From Clostridiales bacterium (GTDB lineage Bacteria > Bacillota > Clostridia > Saccharofermentanales > Saccharofermentanaceae): 64,000 bases of DNA. Position numbers and translations under genes: made by a program. Position 1 is the stretch's first letter. The number at the start of each line of letters is the position of its first letter. The DNA is taken from positions 323,995-387,994 of the forward strand of contig JAFWDK010000010.1 of assembly GCA_017513085.1 (NCBI GenBank), in the 5' to 3' direction. Below are positions 19,456 to 27,980 of the stretch, one piece after another. A model generated the notes under the pieces. It did no database searches and was not told the origin of the DNA. It was given only the letters and a program-made list of their open reading frames with translations.

Positions 19456-20817
19456 CTATGGATTGCAGATCCTGCAAGGCGTATACCCATCATCGATCAG
19501 TTCCTGACGGTCTCCCTTGAAATACATCTTGTTCGACTCTTTCATCTTCCGAACCGCTTCACAATTCGGATAATGGAATTTGTGGGAGTTCGTGTTGCAG
19601 ACGTAATCGCAATCATGATCCGTCCCCGGATCCGGGTTATCGATAACAGGTCCGAGGAAAACGTCGCCATCGGTTTCGGTTTCCGTTTCCACCGTGATCT
19701 TCTCCCCGTCACTATACACAAGAATGTCTCCATGCATATCCGTACGGAACAATTCCACATTTCTTTCTTTCAAAAGATCCAGTACGGACTGTTTGGGAAA
19801 CCCGTATGCGTTATCCCAACCGCAGGAAATGATGGCAAATGATGGGGCCACCGCATCGAGAAAAGCCTCAGTAGTCGAGTACTCACTTCCGTGATGACCG
19901 ACCTTTAAGAGCGTACTCTCAAGTTTTTGATCAGAATTCAAGAGAGTATACTCTTCGTCATACTCGGCATCCCCGGTGAAAAGAAACGATGTCTTACCAT
20001 ATTCGAGACGTATCACGATCGAATTATTGTTTGTCGACTCCAGTTCTTCTATCGGAGCAAGCACAGTAAGTTTCGCGCCGCCAAGAGAAAGCTCCGTTCC
20101 GGCTTCGGGAATCTCCAGCTCTACCTTTTGTTTGTTGAGATATTTCTGGAAACTCGAGAACGGACGGCTGTCATACTCGTCCACCGAGCAAAAAGCACGT
20201 TCTACAGTCGCTATATTCAGCGCCGCGGCAAGTCCTCCGATGTGATCGTCATCCGGATGCGTGGCCACGATGTATTTCAAATGTGTGATATCAAGTTTTT
20301 TCAAATAGGAATAAATCAGTTCCGACTTGTCCGATGCGCCGCCATCGATCAGCATGGCCTCCCCGTCACAGATGATCAAGGAAGCATCGCCCTGATCTAC
20401 ATCAATAAAATGAATGACCAGTTCTTTTTCAGCAGGATCATCAGGCACAGATGGTTCAGCCGTTTCCGAAGTTTTGGAAGGTGCTTTCGTTAATTCTGAC
20501 GACGATTCTTCAGTTACTTCCGAAGTCGTCGTTTCTTCCGCCGTACTCTCCGACGAAGTTGTTTCTTCCGTTGTAGATTCCGTCATGCTCTCCGACGTCG
20601 TCGTTTCTTCTATCGTGGATTCCGTTGTGGTCTCTGACGTAGTCGTTACTTCCGTCGCGGACTCCGTTGCACTCTCTGTTGTCGTTTCTACGGTCGTTGT
20701 TTGCTCTGTTGTGGCCTCCTCTTTTGTTGTCGGATTTGAGCATCCGAAAGCCAATCCCATTGACAAAGCAATAAGGACAGCAAGTATGGTTTTCGATTTT
20801 CGGATCCATTTCATCAT
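19456..20817 (-). CDS. Lipoprotein with a ComEC/Rec2-like metallo-beta-lactamase domain and a C-terminal Ada-like Zn-binding domain
   Basis: Lipobox LAFGC; T/E/S linker; IDVDQGD, THPDDDHIGG, TGDAE, KVGHHGS; C-terminal KFHYPNC...GYTPCRICNP. Confidence 0.85.
   Translation of the reverse strand: MMKWIRKSKTILAVLIALSMGLAFGCSNPTTKEEATTEQTTTVETTTESATESATEVTTTSETTTESTIEETTTSESMTESTTEETTSSESTAEETTTSEVTEESSSELTKAPSKTSETAEPSVPDDPAEKELVIHFIDVDQGDASLIICDGEAMLIDGGASDKSELIYSYLKKLDITHLKYIVATHPDDDHIGGLAAALNIATVERAFCSVDEYDSRPFSSFQKYLNKQKVELEIPEAGTELSLGGAKLTVLAPIEELESTNNNSIVIRLEYGKTSFLFTGDAEYDEEYTLLNSDQKLESTLLKVGHHGSEYSTTEAFLDAVAPSFAIISCGWDNAYGFPKQSVLDLLKERNVELFRTDMHGDILVYSDGEKITVETETETDGDVFLGPVIDNPDPGTDHDCDYVCNTNSHKFHYPNCEAVRKMKESNKMYFKGDRQELIDDGYTPCRICNP
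20445..20736 (-). repeat. Degenerate Thr/Glu/Ser-rich coding repeats (ESTxEETTxSE units) forming a stalk
   Basis: Repeated units such as ESTIEETTTSE / ESTTEETTSSE / ESTAEETTTSE; near-repeats CCGA.G..GT.GTTTCTTC in the DNA. Confidence 0.7.
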
Positions 20818-20832
20818 GTCATTTCATCCATC

Positions 20833-21195
20833 TCAAAAGAACGGCGTAAACTGCACATCCAGAATATTACCCTGCGCATCGTGGAGCACACCGGCCACAT
20901 AGAACGAAACCACATCCCAAGAGATGTGATTCTCTTTACAATAGTATACCGCAGTCTTCATGACTTTGTTCTGCTTTGAAGCCGTCACTGCTTCCTCGGG
21001 TGTACCGAAACGCATCTCTTTGTACCGCGACTTCATCTCGATCACCAGGATCTTTCCCTTGTATTCACAGATAATATCGAGCTCTCCGACACGCGGTACG
21101 GAATAATTACGCGCAAGGATCTTCGCGCCACGTTTTTCAAGATACGCCGCGACATACTCCTCCGAAGCCTTCCCGATGTTCTGGTTTCTGGTCAT
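20833..21195 (-). CDS. yraN: YraN family (UPF0102) putative endonuclease
   Basis: GKASE..YLEKRG.KILARN, GELDII, IEMKSR, PEEAV; follows rnhB. Confidence 0.88.
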   Translation of the reverse strand: MTRNQNIGKASEEYVAAYLEKRGAKILARNYSVPRVGELDIICEYKGKILVIEMKSRYKEMRFGTPEEAVTASKQNKVMKTAVYYCKENHISWDVVSFYVAGVLHDAQGNILDVQFTPFF

Positions 21196-21203
21196 ACAGA
21201 ACC

Positions 21204-21833
21204 TCAATGCATTTTCTTCAGGAAAGACATCCTATGGATCGGCGAAATACCCAGTTCATGGATCGCCGCATAATGCGCCGCGGTTCCATACCCCTTATGC
21301 TGGGCAAACCCGTATCCCGGGAATTCTTTATCGTACTCCTCCATGATCCGGTCACGCGTCACTTTAGCCAGGATCGAAGCCGCGGCGATCGAATTAGACT
21401 TCGCATCTCCCTTAATGATCGGCTTTACGGGAATCCCCGTACCGGTAAGATTCACCGCATCGATCAGAAGCACATCCGGTTTCAGGGCAAGTCCCGCAAC
21501 GCAGGCACGCATTGCCTTCTTCGTCGCTTCCAGGATATTGATCTCATCGATTTCTTTCGGTTCCACTCTTATGACGCAAAAGCACTTGGCCTTCTCTTTT
21601 ATCTCATCAAAAAGAACATCGCGTTTCTTAGGGGAGAGTTTCTTCGAATCATCCAGACCATAGATCGGTTTCTCCGGATCCAGAATACAGGCCGCAGCCA
21701 CGACCGGTCCCGCAAGCGGACCTCTTCCCGCCTCATCAATACCACAGCAGACAGGCATACCTTCAGAAGCGGATTCTTTCTCATATGCAGACATTTCTTC
21801 AAACTTCAGTTTGAGTTTTTCTTCTCTGGTCAT
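21204..21833 (-). CDS. rnhB: Ribonuclease HII
   Basis: GIDEAGRGPLAGPV, DSKKL, IAAASILAKV, HKGYGT. Confidence 0.97.
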   Translation of the reverse strand: MTREEKLKLKFEEMSAYEKESASEGMPVCCGIDEAGRGPLAGPVVAAACILDPEKPIYGLDDSKKLSPKKRDVLFDEIKEKAKCFCVIRVEPKEIDEINILEATKKAMRACVAGLALKPDVLLIDAVNLTGTGIPVKPIIKGDAKSNSIAAASILAKVTRDRIMEEYDKEFPGYGFAQHKGYGTAAHYAAIHELGISPIHRMSFLKKMH

Positions 21834-21835
21834 AG

Positions 21836-22726
21836 TTACTCCTTGTCGGGCTGATTCGGGGTTTCGAGTGTGATCCTGGCAATACGGATGTTACGCAGAT
21901 CATCAAGGAACAGTTTCGCGAACCGCTCATCATTGATGCGTCCGCCGGAAAGAATGCACCCCATCTTTCTTGCCGCCTCTTCAAATCTTTCATAATCGTC
22001 TTCGATATAGTCTTCGGAACCTAGCGGAGCCAATTTGTATCGCGTATAGAATTCCTGGGGATAGAGCTTCTCGATAAGCTTCATACCTGAAAACGCCACA
22101 TCTACCACATCGACCACTTCCACCTTTACGGCTCCGGTCAGCGTCAGAACAAGCTGATTTCTCGGAGTTCCAAGCCTTGGCCAAAGCACTCCCGGCATAT
22201 CCATCAGTTCCAACTGCCCGTCGGATCTCGCCCATTTAAAATCGCGCGTTACGCCAGGCATATCCCCTGTAACTGCAATCTTTCTATTGCAAAGCCCGTT
22301 GATCAAAGTAGATTTACCGGAATTCGGCACACCGACCACCATGGCACGGACAGGCCGACCGATACGTCCTTTGGCCTCTGCTTTAGAAAGCACATCTTTA
22401 CAGGCGTCCACAGCCATACTTCTTAATTTGTCCAGGCCTTTCTTATGCGATGCATCAATAGCAATCGCAGAGATGCCCTGGGAACGGTAGTAATCGAGCC
22501 ACTCGTCCGTTTTTCTCTCGTCCGCCAGATCAGCTTTGTTCAGTACGACGATCCTGGGTTTCTTTGCAACCAGCGAATCCAGATCAGGATTGCGGCTGGA
22601 AATCGGGATCCTGGCATCTACCGTCTCAAAAACGATGTCAACGAACTTCAATTTGTCCGAAACCTCGTTCAGTGCTTTTCGCATATGACCTGGAAACCAG
22701 TTGATATTACCTTTTGTATCGCTCAT
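21836..22726 (-). CDS. rbgA: Ribosome biogenesis GTPase RbgA/YlqF
   Basis: INWFPGHM, DARIP.SSRNP, NKADL, GVPNSGKST. Confidence 0.96.
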   Translation of the reverse strand: MSDTKGNINWFPGHMRKALNEVSDKLKFVDIVFETVDARIPISSRNPDLDSLVAKKPRIVVLNKADLADERKTDEWLDYYRSQGISAIAIDASHKKGLDKLRSMAVDACKDVLSKAEAKGRIGRPVRAMVVGVPNSGKSTLINGLCNRKIAVTGDMPGVTRDFKWARSDGQLELMDMPGVLWPRLGTPRNQLVLTLTGAVKVEVVDVVDVAFSGMKLIEKLYPQEFYTRYKLAPLGSEDYIEDDYERFEEAARKMGCILSGGRINDERFAKLFLDDLRNIRIARITLETPNQPDKE

Positions 22727-23044
22727 AATTCATCCTTCAGATCGTTCCTCGATCTATCACTATAGACTGTTCCCGCCTGATACCAAATCTCATAATTTTC
22801 AGCAAAAACACTTTCACATTTCCAGGAAAGGTTAACGCCATTTCCTTCAACATTGGAAACACCCTTTACCTCCTGCCATTTCCCAAGTGATTCAAAACAC
22901 ACATAAATTATTATACCATTCCTGTTTTTCTATGATTCACATGTAAAAAAGAATTATTACATATCCGTCATGTGACGATTCATAAACCAATCTTACGCAA
23001 ACAAAGCTATACAATGGAGTCATCAACACCAAGGAGTAAAACAA

Positions 23045-24739
23045 ATGAAAAAACAAATCCTGTCCATACTTCTCGCTATCGCGATCCTTTCCTCTGCTGC
23101 ATGCAGCAACAGCAAAGATCAGACTTCCGCAGCTTCATCCATCGTATCCTCAGAGATCTCCAAGGTCGAAACAACTTCTGCACAGAAGCCTGAAACAAGT
23201 GAAGCCCCAAAGGAAACCAATGCTTCTACCGAAACTTCGGAAACCGCATCTTCCGGTCCGGTTCTCACGCCGCTTTCAAATCAGACACAACGAGAAAAGA
23301 ATCAATACGACCTGCACGTTACGCTCGATGACACGAATAAAACACTAAAAGTCGACCAGAAGCTGAAATATGTCAATAACACCGATGCCAATCTAGATGA
23401 GATCTACTTTAACGTCATCCCCGCCGCGTTTTCCAAGAATGGCGGAAAAGTTTCCTTTGACTCGGTTCAGGCCAATGGAAAAGCACTGTCTATGGACAAT
23501 GTTCAGGAGACAGTATATAAGATCAAACTTGACACTCCGCTCAAAAAAGGCGACACACTGGATCTGGATATGCAGTATACACTGACCATTCCCGGCATCG
23601 CGAACCGCTACGGCTATGTGAAAGAATGCTATAACCTTGGAAATTTCATCGCGACACCGGCGCTTTTCGAAAACGGAAACTGGCTCGTTCAGCCCTATAT
23701 TGATATCGGAGATGCCTTCTATACTGAAATTGCTGATTACAAGGTCAAGATCGACGTCCCGGAAGGATATACCGTATGTGCGAGCGGAACATTGAAAGAC
23801 GGAGTATATGAAGCAAGCGACATGCGTGACTTTGCCTTCAGTGCCGCAAAAGATCTAAAAGAACTAACCGAAAAGCATGAAGATTGCACGATCCATGTTT
23901 ATTACAGTGAAGCATGCCAATACCAGGCCGAAACAGTCATGAAATCTGCCAAGGAGTCTTTGGAACTGTTTAACAAGACACTTGGCAAGTATCCTTATGA
24001 ATCGCTTAGCCTGCTTCTTTGCAGCGTAGCCGATGACATCGGAGGAATGGAATATCCCGGAATGATCCTTTTACAGACACATAATCACCAGGACATCTTG
24101 TACAAATATGTTAACGGACTTCTTTCTGACGACGAAATCATTAATGAAATTGAAAAAGGCAAACTCGAATTGGGCCTTCCGGAAGGACTGGATGGCGAGC
24201 CACTAAAGGGCGATGAATTAAAAAAAGAGATACTCACAACAACAAGCGAACTGAACATCACTACCGCGCATGAGATCGCACATCAGTGGTTCTACGGAAT
24301 CGTCGGAAATGATGAGATCCGTCACGCCTGGCTCGATGAAGGATTCGCCCGCTTCTTCGACCACTATTATGCGGAAAAATGCCTGACTGAGCTTGATTCC
24401 GAAAGATTTGGAATCGGACAACTGATTGGCGCGAACCAGTTTTTCACCGATCAATACAACGGTAAGACCGGCGGAGATATGTACGCGGATCTGAATAAGT
24501 CCTTATATGATTACCGCACCCAGCCACTGGATTACTGGGATATCTACGAGAAAGGCGCCGCTTTACTTTCCAAATTCTACTATGATCTCGGAGAAGATGC
24601 TTTCGTCAGAACCATAAAGGAATACGTACAGACCTTTGCCTTCTCCGAAGTCGATCCGGAAGAATTCAAGGATTTCTGGTCAAAGAAAGGCAACTTCGAA
24701 GAAGTATTCAAGATCTACTTTCAAAAATCAGCCAATTAA
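23045..24739 (+). CDS. M1-family zinc aminopeptidase, lipoprotein
   Basis: Lipobox SSAAC, S/T/E linker, GGMEYP, HEIAHQWF followed by the downstream Glu in WLDEG. Confidence 0.88.
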   Translation: MKKQILSILLAIAILSSAACSNSKDQTSAASSIVSSEISKVETTSAQKPETSEAPKETNASTETSETASSGPVLTPLSNQTQREKNQYDLHVTLDDTNKTLKVDQKLKYVNNTDANLDEIYFNVIPAAFSKNGGKVSFDSVQANGKALSMDNVQETVYKIKLDTPLKKGDTLDLDMQYTLTIPGIANRYGYVKECYNLGNFIATPALFENGNWLVQPYIDIGDAFYTEIADYKVKIDVPEGYTVCASGTLKDGVYEASDMRDFAFSAAKDLKELTEKHEDCTIHVYYSEACQYQAETVMKSAKESLELFNKTLGKYPYESLSLLLCSVADDIGGMEYPGMILLQTHNHQDILYKYVNGLLSDDEIINEIEKGKLELGLPEGLDGEPLKGDELKKEILTTTSELNITTAHEIAHQWFYGIVGNDEIRHAWLDEGFARFFDHYYAEKCLTELDSERFGIGQLIGANQFFTDQYNGKTGGDMYADLNKSLYDYRTQPLDYWDIYEKGAALLSKFYYDLGEDAFVRTIKEYVQTFAFSEVDPEEFKDFWSKKGNFEEVFKIYFQKSAN

Positions 24740-24770
24740 CAAACAACACTTCCAGTTTCATACATCACTT

Positions 24771-24812
24771 AGGAAGCTGCCACTGCTGAACTCTCGGCGT
24801 GGCAGTTTTCCT
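24771..24812 (+). terminator. Long hairpin ending the M1 peptidase gene
   Basis: AGGAAGCTGCCAC...GTGGCAGTTTTCCT inverted repeat with an inner GCTGA/TCGGC stem. Confidence 0.6.
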
Positions 24813-24818
24813 GCGAAA

Positions 24819-24851
24819 TAAAAAAGAGACTGCCATAATGACAGTCTCTTT
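24819..24851 (-). terminator. Intrinsic terminator of rplS
   Basis: AAAGAGACTG / CAGTCTCTTT stem with a T-run on the minus strand. Confidence 0.75.
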
Positions 24852-24876
24852 CATTTGTATCGATAAGTGATTCGAA

Positions 24877-25230
24877 TTACTTCTTAGAAGAAAGCTTCTC
24901 AGTAATTCTTGCTGCCTTACCAACGCGTCCACGCAGATAATACAGCTTCGCTCTTCTTACACGGCCCTTACGGACGATCTCAATCTTATCAATGTTAGGA
25001 GAATGAACGGGTAAAACACGCTCAACGCCTACGCCATAGGAGAGACGGCGAATTGTCATGGTCTCAGAAAGACCGCCGCCCTTACGTGCAATCACATAGC
25101 CTTCAAATACCTGGATACGTTCTCTGGAACCTTCCTTGATCTTCAGATGAGCCTTAACCAGATCACCAACTTCGACCTCGGAATAGCTATTACGCAGGTT
25201 ATCCTGCTCGACTGCTTTAACTAAATCCAT
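24877..25230 (-). CDS. rplS: 50S ribosomal protein L19
   Basis: [28 protein letters not shown]; true start ATG 25230 after SD GAGGAGG. Confidence 0.98.
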   Translation of the reverse strand: MDLVKAVEQDNLRNSYSEVEVGDLVKAHLKIKEGSRERIQVFEGYVIARKGGGLSETMTIRRLSYGVGVERVLPVHSPNIDKIEIVRKGRVRRAKLYYLRGRVGKAARITEKLSSKK

Positions 25231-25253
25231 ATTCTTTTCCTCCTCTTCTGATA

Positions 25254-25285
25254 GATGTTCATGCCGGATCTTGCAGCGGACCATC
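25254..25285 (-). ncRNA. L19 ribosomal protein leader (cis-regulatory RNA)
   Basis: Minus strand GATGGTCCGCTGC-aagatccg-GCATGAACATC matches the Firmicute L19 leader pattern (CCGC/AxGA internal loop), just 5' of the rplS SD. Confidence 0.8.
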
Positions 25286-25396
25286 ACTTTTAGCCGTTAA
25301 ATGATAACATAACGATTTTGTAGATGCAAGTGTTTTCTGCGTTTTTCAGTACTTTCTTTTTCAAAAGCACCATATGCCAGTGCTTCAAGATGCTAT

Positions 25397-26041
25397 TCAG
25401 TCGTTTTTCTTTACAAAATACGCATATCCGACTTCGTACGGATGATCAAAAAGCATAGAGTTCTTATGCTTTCGTAATGTGAAGATAACCATTAAATCCC
25501 CACTTCCGCCAACAACACCTATGATTCCGAATGTAACAAGAAAAATAACATTTAACAAGATACCCAAAATTATCGGTAATATACCGATAATCAGTGTCGG
25601 AGCGATTGAACCCCAGAAATAAGGAACAACTTTGAGAGGTTCCCGACAATGACAATATGGAGTTACATTTTTCGGGTTGAACCCGAAATCGATGCTTTCC
25701 CATTTCTTTTTACAATAAAAATGCCAGAAGAAACCGTGTATAAATTCATGAACAAATATCGACGCGGCAAATACAGCCATAAATATGAGCATTCCCGAAA
25801 TCCCTGGCAACCCGAATAGGTGATCTGCATTGAAGGCGGAATCACCATGTATCAGCACGAAAAAGAAAAAAGAAACAGAACCAACAAAAAGCATTACTGC
25901 TAATCCGAAGATGTTGGCACCCAGCACACTGATCTTTTCAAGTCTGGCTTCGTACCCTTTCTTATCCATTTCTTCCACAAGATCCGAATATTCTTTCTTT
26001 TTTCTTTCACGGATCTTCTCGTTTTCAATTTCAATTCTCAT
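25397..26041 (-). CDS. DUF3267-like membrane zincin metallopeptidase
   Basis: Several transmembrane helices, HEFIHG, PYCHC.EP, GSGD, DHP motifs. Confidence 0.8.
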   Translation of the reverse strand: MRIEIENEKIRERKKKEYSDLVEEMDKKGYEARLEKISVLGANIFGLAVMLFVGSVSFFFFVLIHGDSAFNADHLFGLPGISGMLIFMAVFAASIFVHEFIHGFFWHFYCKKKWESIDFGFNPKNVTPYCHCREPLKVVPYFWGSIAPTLIIGILPIILGILLNVIFLVTFGIIGVVGGSGDLMVIFTLRKHKNSMLFDHPYEVGYAYFVKKND

Positions 26042-26801
26042 TTTTATGAATACTATTCCGTTCTTGAGTTTCTTTGTCTATTTCAAGGAGTTTTTTCCAG
26101 TCTTCTGCCGAAACATCCAGCTTTACTAGCATATCCGGTCGTTTCTTCCAGGTATCGTAAAGGCCATGAAGTCTCTTCCACTCTTTGATCTTCGCATGGT
26201 TACCGGAAAGCATGACTTCCGGGACTTCTTGATCATGCCAGATATTCGGCTTCGTATATTGAGGCGCTTCAAGATATCCCTGCATATGGGATTCTTCTTC
26301 ATAAGCTTCAGAATTAGGAAGTACTCCCGGAATCATTCTTGAAATACAATCGATCACCACGCAGGCAGCCACTTCTCCACCAGTCAAAACATAATCGCCG
26401 ATGGAAATCTCTTCATCCACGATTTCATCAAGAACACGCTGATCGATGCCTTCGTAATGCCCACAGAGAAACACAAGATGATCAAACGAAGCAAGTTCTC
26501 TTGCCTTGGACTGAGTAAGGACTTGTCCCTTCGGACTCATAAAGATACAATGTGGTTTCTTCTCGCTATCTCTGTTATACAATGACGAAAAAGCCTGATA
26601 AACAGGCTCGCACTGCATAAGCATACCGGTTCCGCCGCCGAACAAGGTATCGTCAACCTTTCCGTAACGGTTTCCGGCAAAATCACGAATGTCGATACAT
26701 TCAACAGAAAGAACGCCTTTTTCCATGGCACGACCAAGTATGCTTTCAGACAGAAAGTTCTTCACTTGATTCGGAAATAGAGTCAATACAGAATATCTCA
26801 T
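26031..26801 (-). CDS. trmD: tRNA (guanine37-N1)-methyltransferase
   Basis: VLTLFP, DD..FGGG.GM, CGHYEGIDQR, SIGDYVLTGGE. Confidence 0.97.
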   Translation of the reverse strand: MRYSVLTLFPNQVKNFLSESILGRAMEKGVLSVECIDIRDFAGNRYGKVDDTLFGGGTGMLMQCEPVYQAFSSLYNRDSEKKPHCIFMSPKGQVLTQSKARELASFDHLVFLCGHYEGIDQRVLDEIVDEEISIGDYVLTGGEVAACVVIDCISRMIPGVLPNSEAYEEESHMQGYLEAPQYTKPNIWHDQEVPEVMLSGNHAKIKEWKRLHGLYDTWKKRPDMLVKLDVSAEDWKKLLEIDKETQERNSIHKNEN

Positions 26802-26809
26802 ATCCTGCC

Positions 26810-27334
26810 TCACTCGTAAATCTCATAAAGTCCATCCGGCAAAGTGACATGCATTTTGCCGCCTTCAAGATCCACTTCCGTTACGATGGAGTTCAAATAC
26901 GGGATAAGAAGTTCATTCTTTCCTTTCCGCTCGCAAAGGATAATATCACTGGCGCCCGAATTGATCACATCCTTGATTTTCCCAAGTTCACCACGCACAC
27001 TGTCAACGACGACAAGACCGATCAGATCCGCGATGAAATATCTTCCTTTCGGAAGTTTAACGGCATCTTCACGTTTAACGGCAATATACATACCTGAAAG
27101 TTTGGCGGCTTCGTCTCTGTCATCAAGTCCTTCAAACTTCAGCAGCGTCCTGCTTGGATCCACTCTTCGGCCAACGACCTTCTTCGTATCTTTAAGATTC
27201 TCCTTGGTATCTAAGAGCATACATTGTTTTAATGAAGAAAAACGACGTACATTATCCGTGAGAGGAGAAATCTTCACCTCTCCACGAACTCCATGTACGC
27301 CGGTTATCTTACCTATGATCAGATAGTCTTTCAT
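26810..27334 (-). CDS. rimM: 16S rRNA processing protein RimM
   Basis: IGKI.GVHGVRGEVK, DLIGL.V, LLIP; conserved gene order. Confidence 0.95.
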   Translation of the reverse strand: MKDYLIIGKITGVHGVRGEVKISPLTDNVRRFSSLKQCMLLDTKENLKDTKKVVGRRVDPSRTLLKFEGLDDRDEAAKLSGMYIAVKREDAVKLPKGRYFIADLIGLVVVDSVRGELGKIKDVINSGASDIILCERKGKNELLIPYLNSIVTEVDLEGGKMHVTLPDGLYEIYE

Positions 27335-27558
27335 CCGATGATATCAACGATGACACGCTTGCCTTCACGAAGATACTTAGCCTTCATGATGGAACGGATC
27401 GCCTGAGCACGACGACCACCCTTACCGATAACTTTACCCATATCTTCCGGGTTTACGGTAAGCTCGAGGACAACAGAGTTTCCTCTTTCAGACTTCTTTA
27501 CGACAACATCCTCAGGATGATTGACCAGAGATTTGGCCATTGTAGTTAATAATTCCAT
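27331..27558 (-). CDS. khpA: KH-domain RNA-binding protein KhpA (YlqC)
   Basis: LVNHPEDV, DMGKVIGKGGR; between rpsP and rimM. Confidence 0.93.
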   Translation of the reverse strand: MELLTTMAKSLVNHPEDVVVKKSERGNSVVLELTVNPEDMGKVIGKGGRRAQAIRSIMKAKYLREGKRVIVDIIG

Positions 27559-27629
27559 TTTTCAAAATGCAGCATGAAAATAGAAGTAGGTGTGCTGCTT
27601 GCCTCCTGTTTGAATTGGAAGTAATGGGA

Positions 27630-27878
27630 TTACTTCTCGATAGCACCTGTCTTCTTCAAAAGAGCACGAACTGTATCTGTCGGCTGTGCGCCGTTAGCGA
27701 TCCACTTCTTAGCAGCTTCATTGTCGATATTGATCTCAGCCGGCTCAACGAGCGGATTGTATGTACCGATCTCCTCGATGAAACGACCATCACGCGGATA
27801 ACGACCATCTGCTACAACTACACGATAGAAAGGAGCCTTCTTAGCACCCATTCTTCTCAAACGAATCTTTACTGCCAT
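27630..27878 (-). CDS. rpsP: 30S ribosomal protein S16
   Basis: [32 protein letters not shown]. Confidence 0.98.
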   Translation of the reverse strand: MAVKIRLRRMGAKKAPFYRVVVADGRYPRDGRFIEEIGTYNPLVEPAEINIDNEAAKKWIANGAQPTDTVRALLKKTGAIEK

Positions 27879-27980
27879 TTTTCTTTCCTCCTAGCAATAA
27901 TACAATTATGTTTTTTCTATATATTCTCGCGTCAGTTTTCCTTTCGAAAAGCACTTTCTTGGGAAGTGCGCGTGAACATC

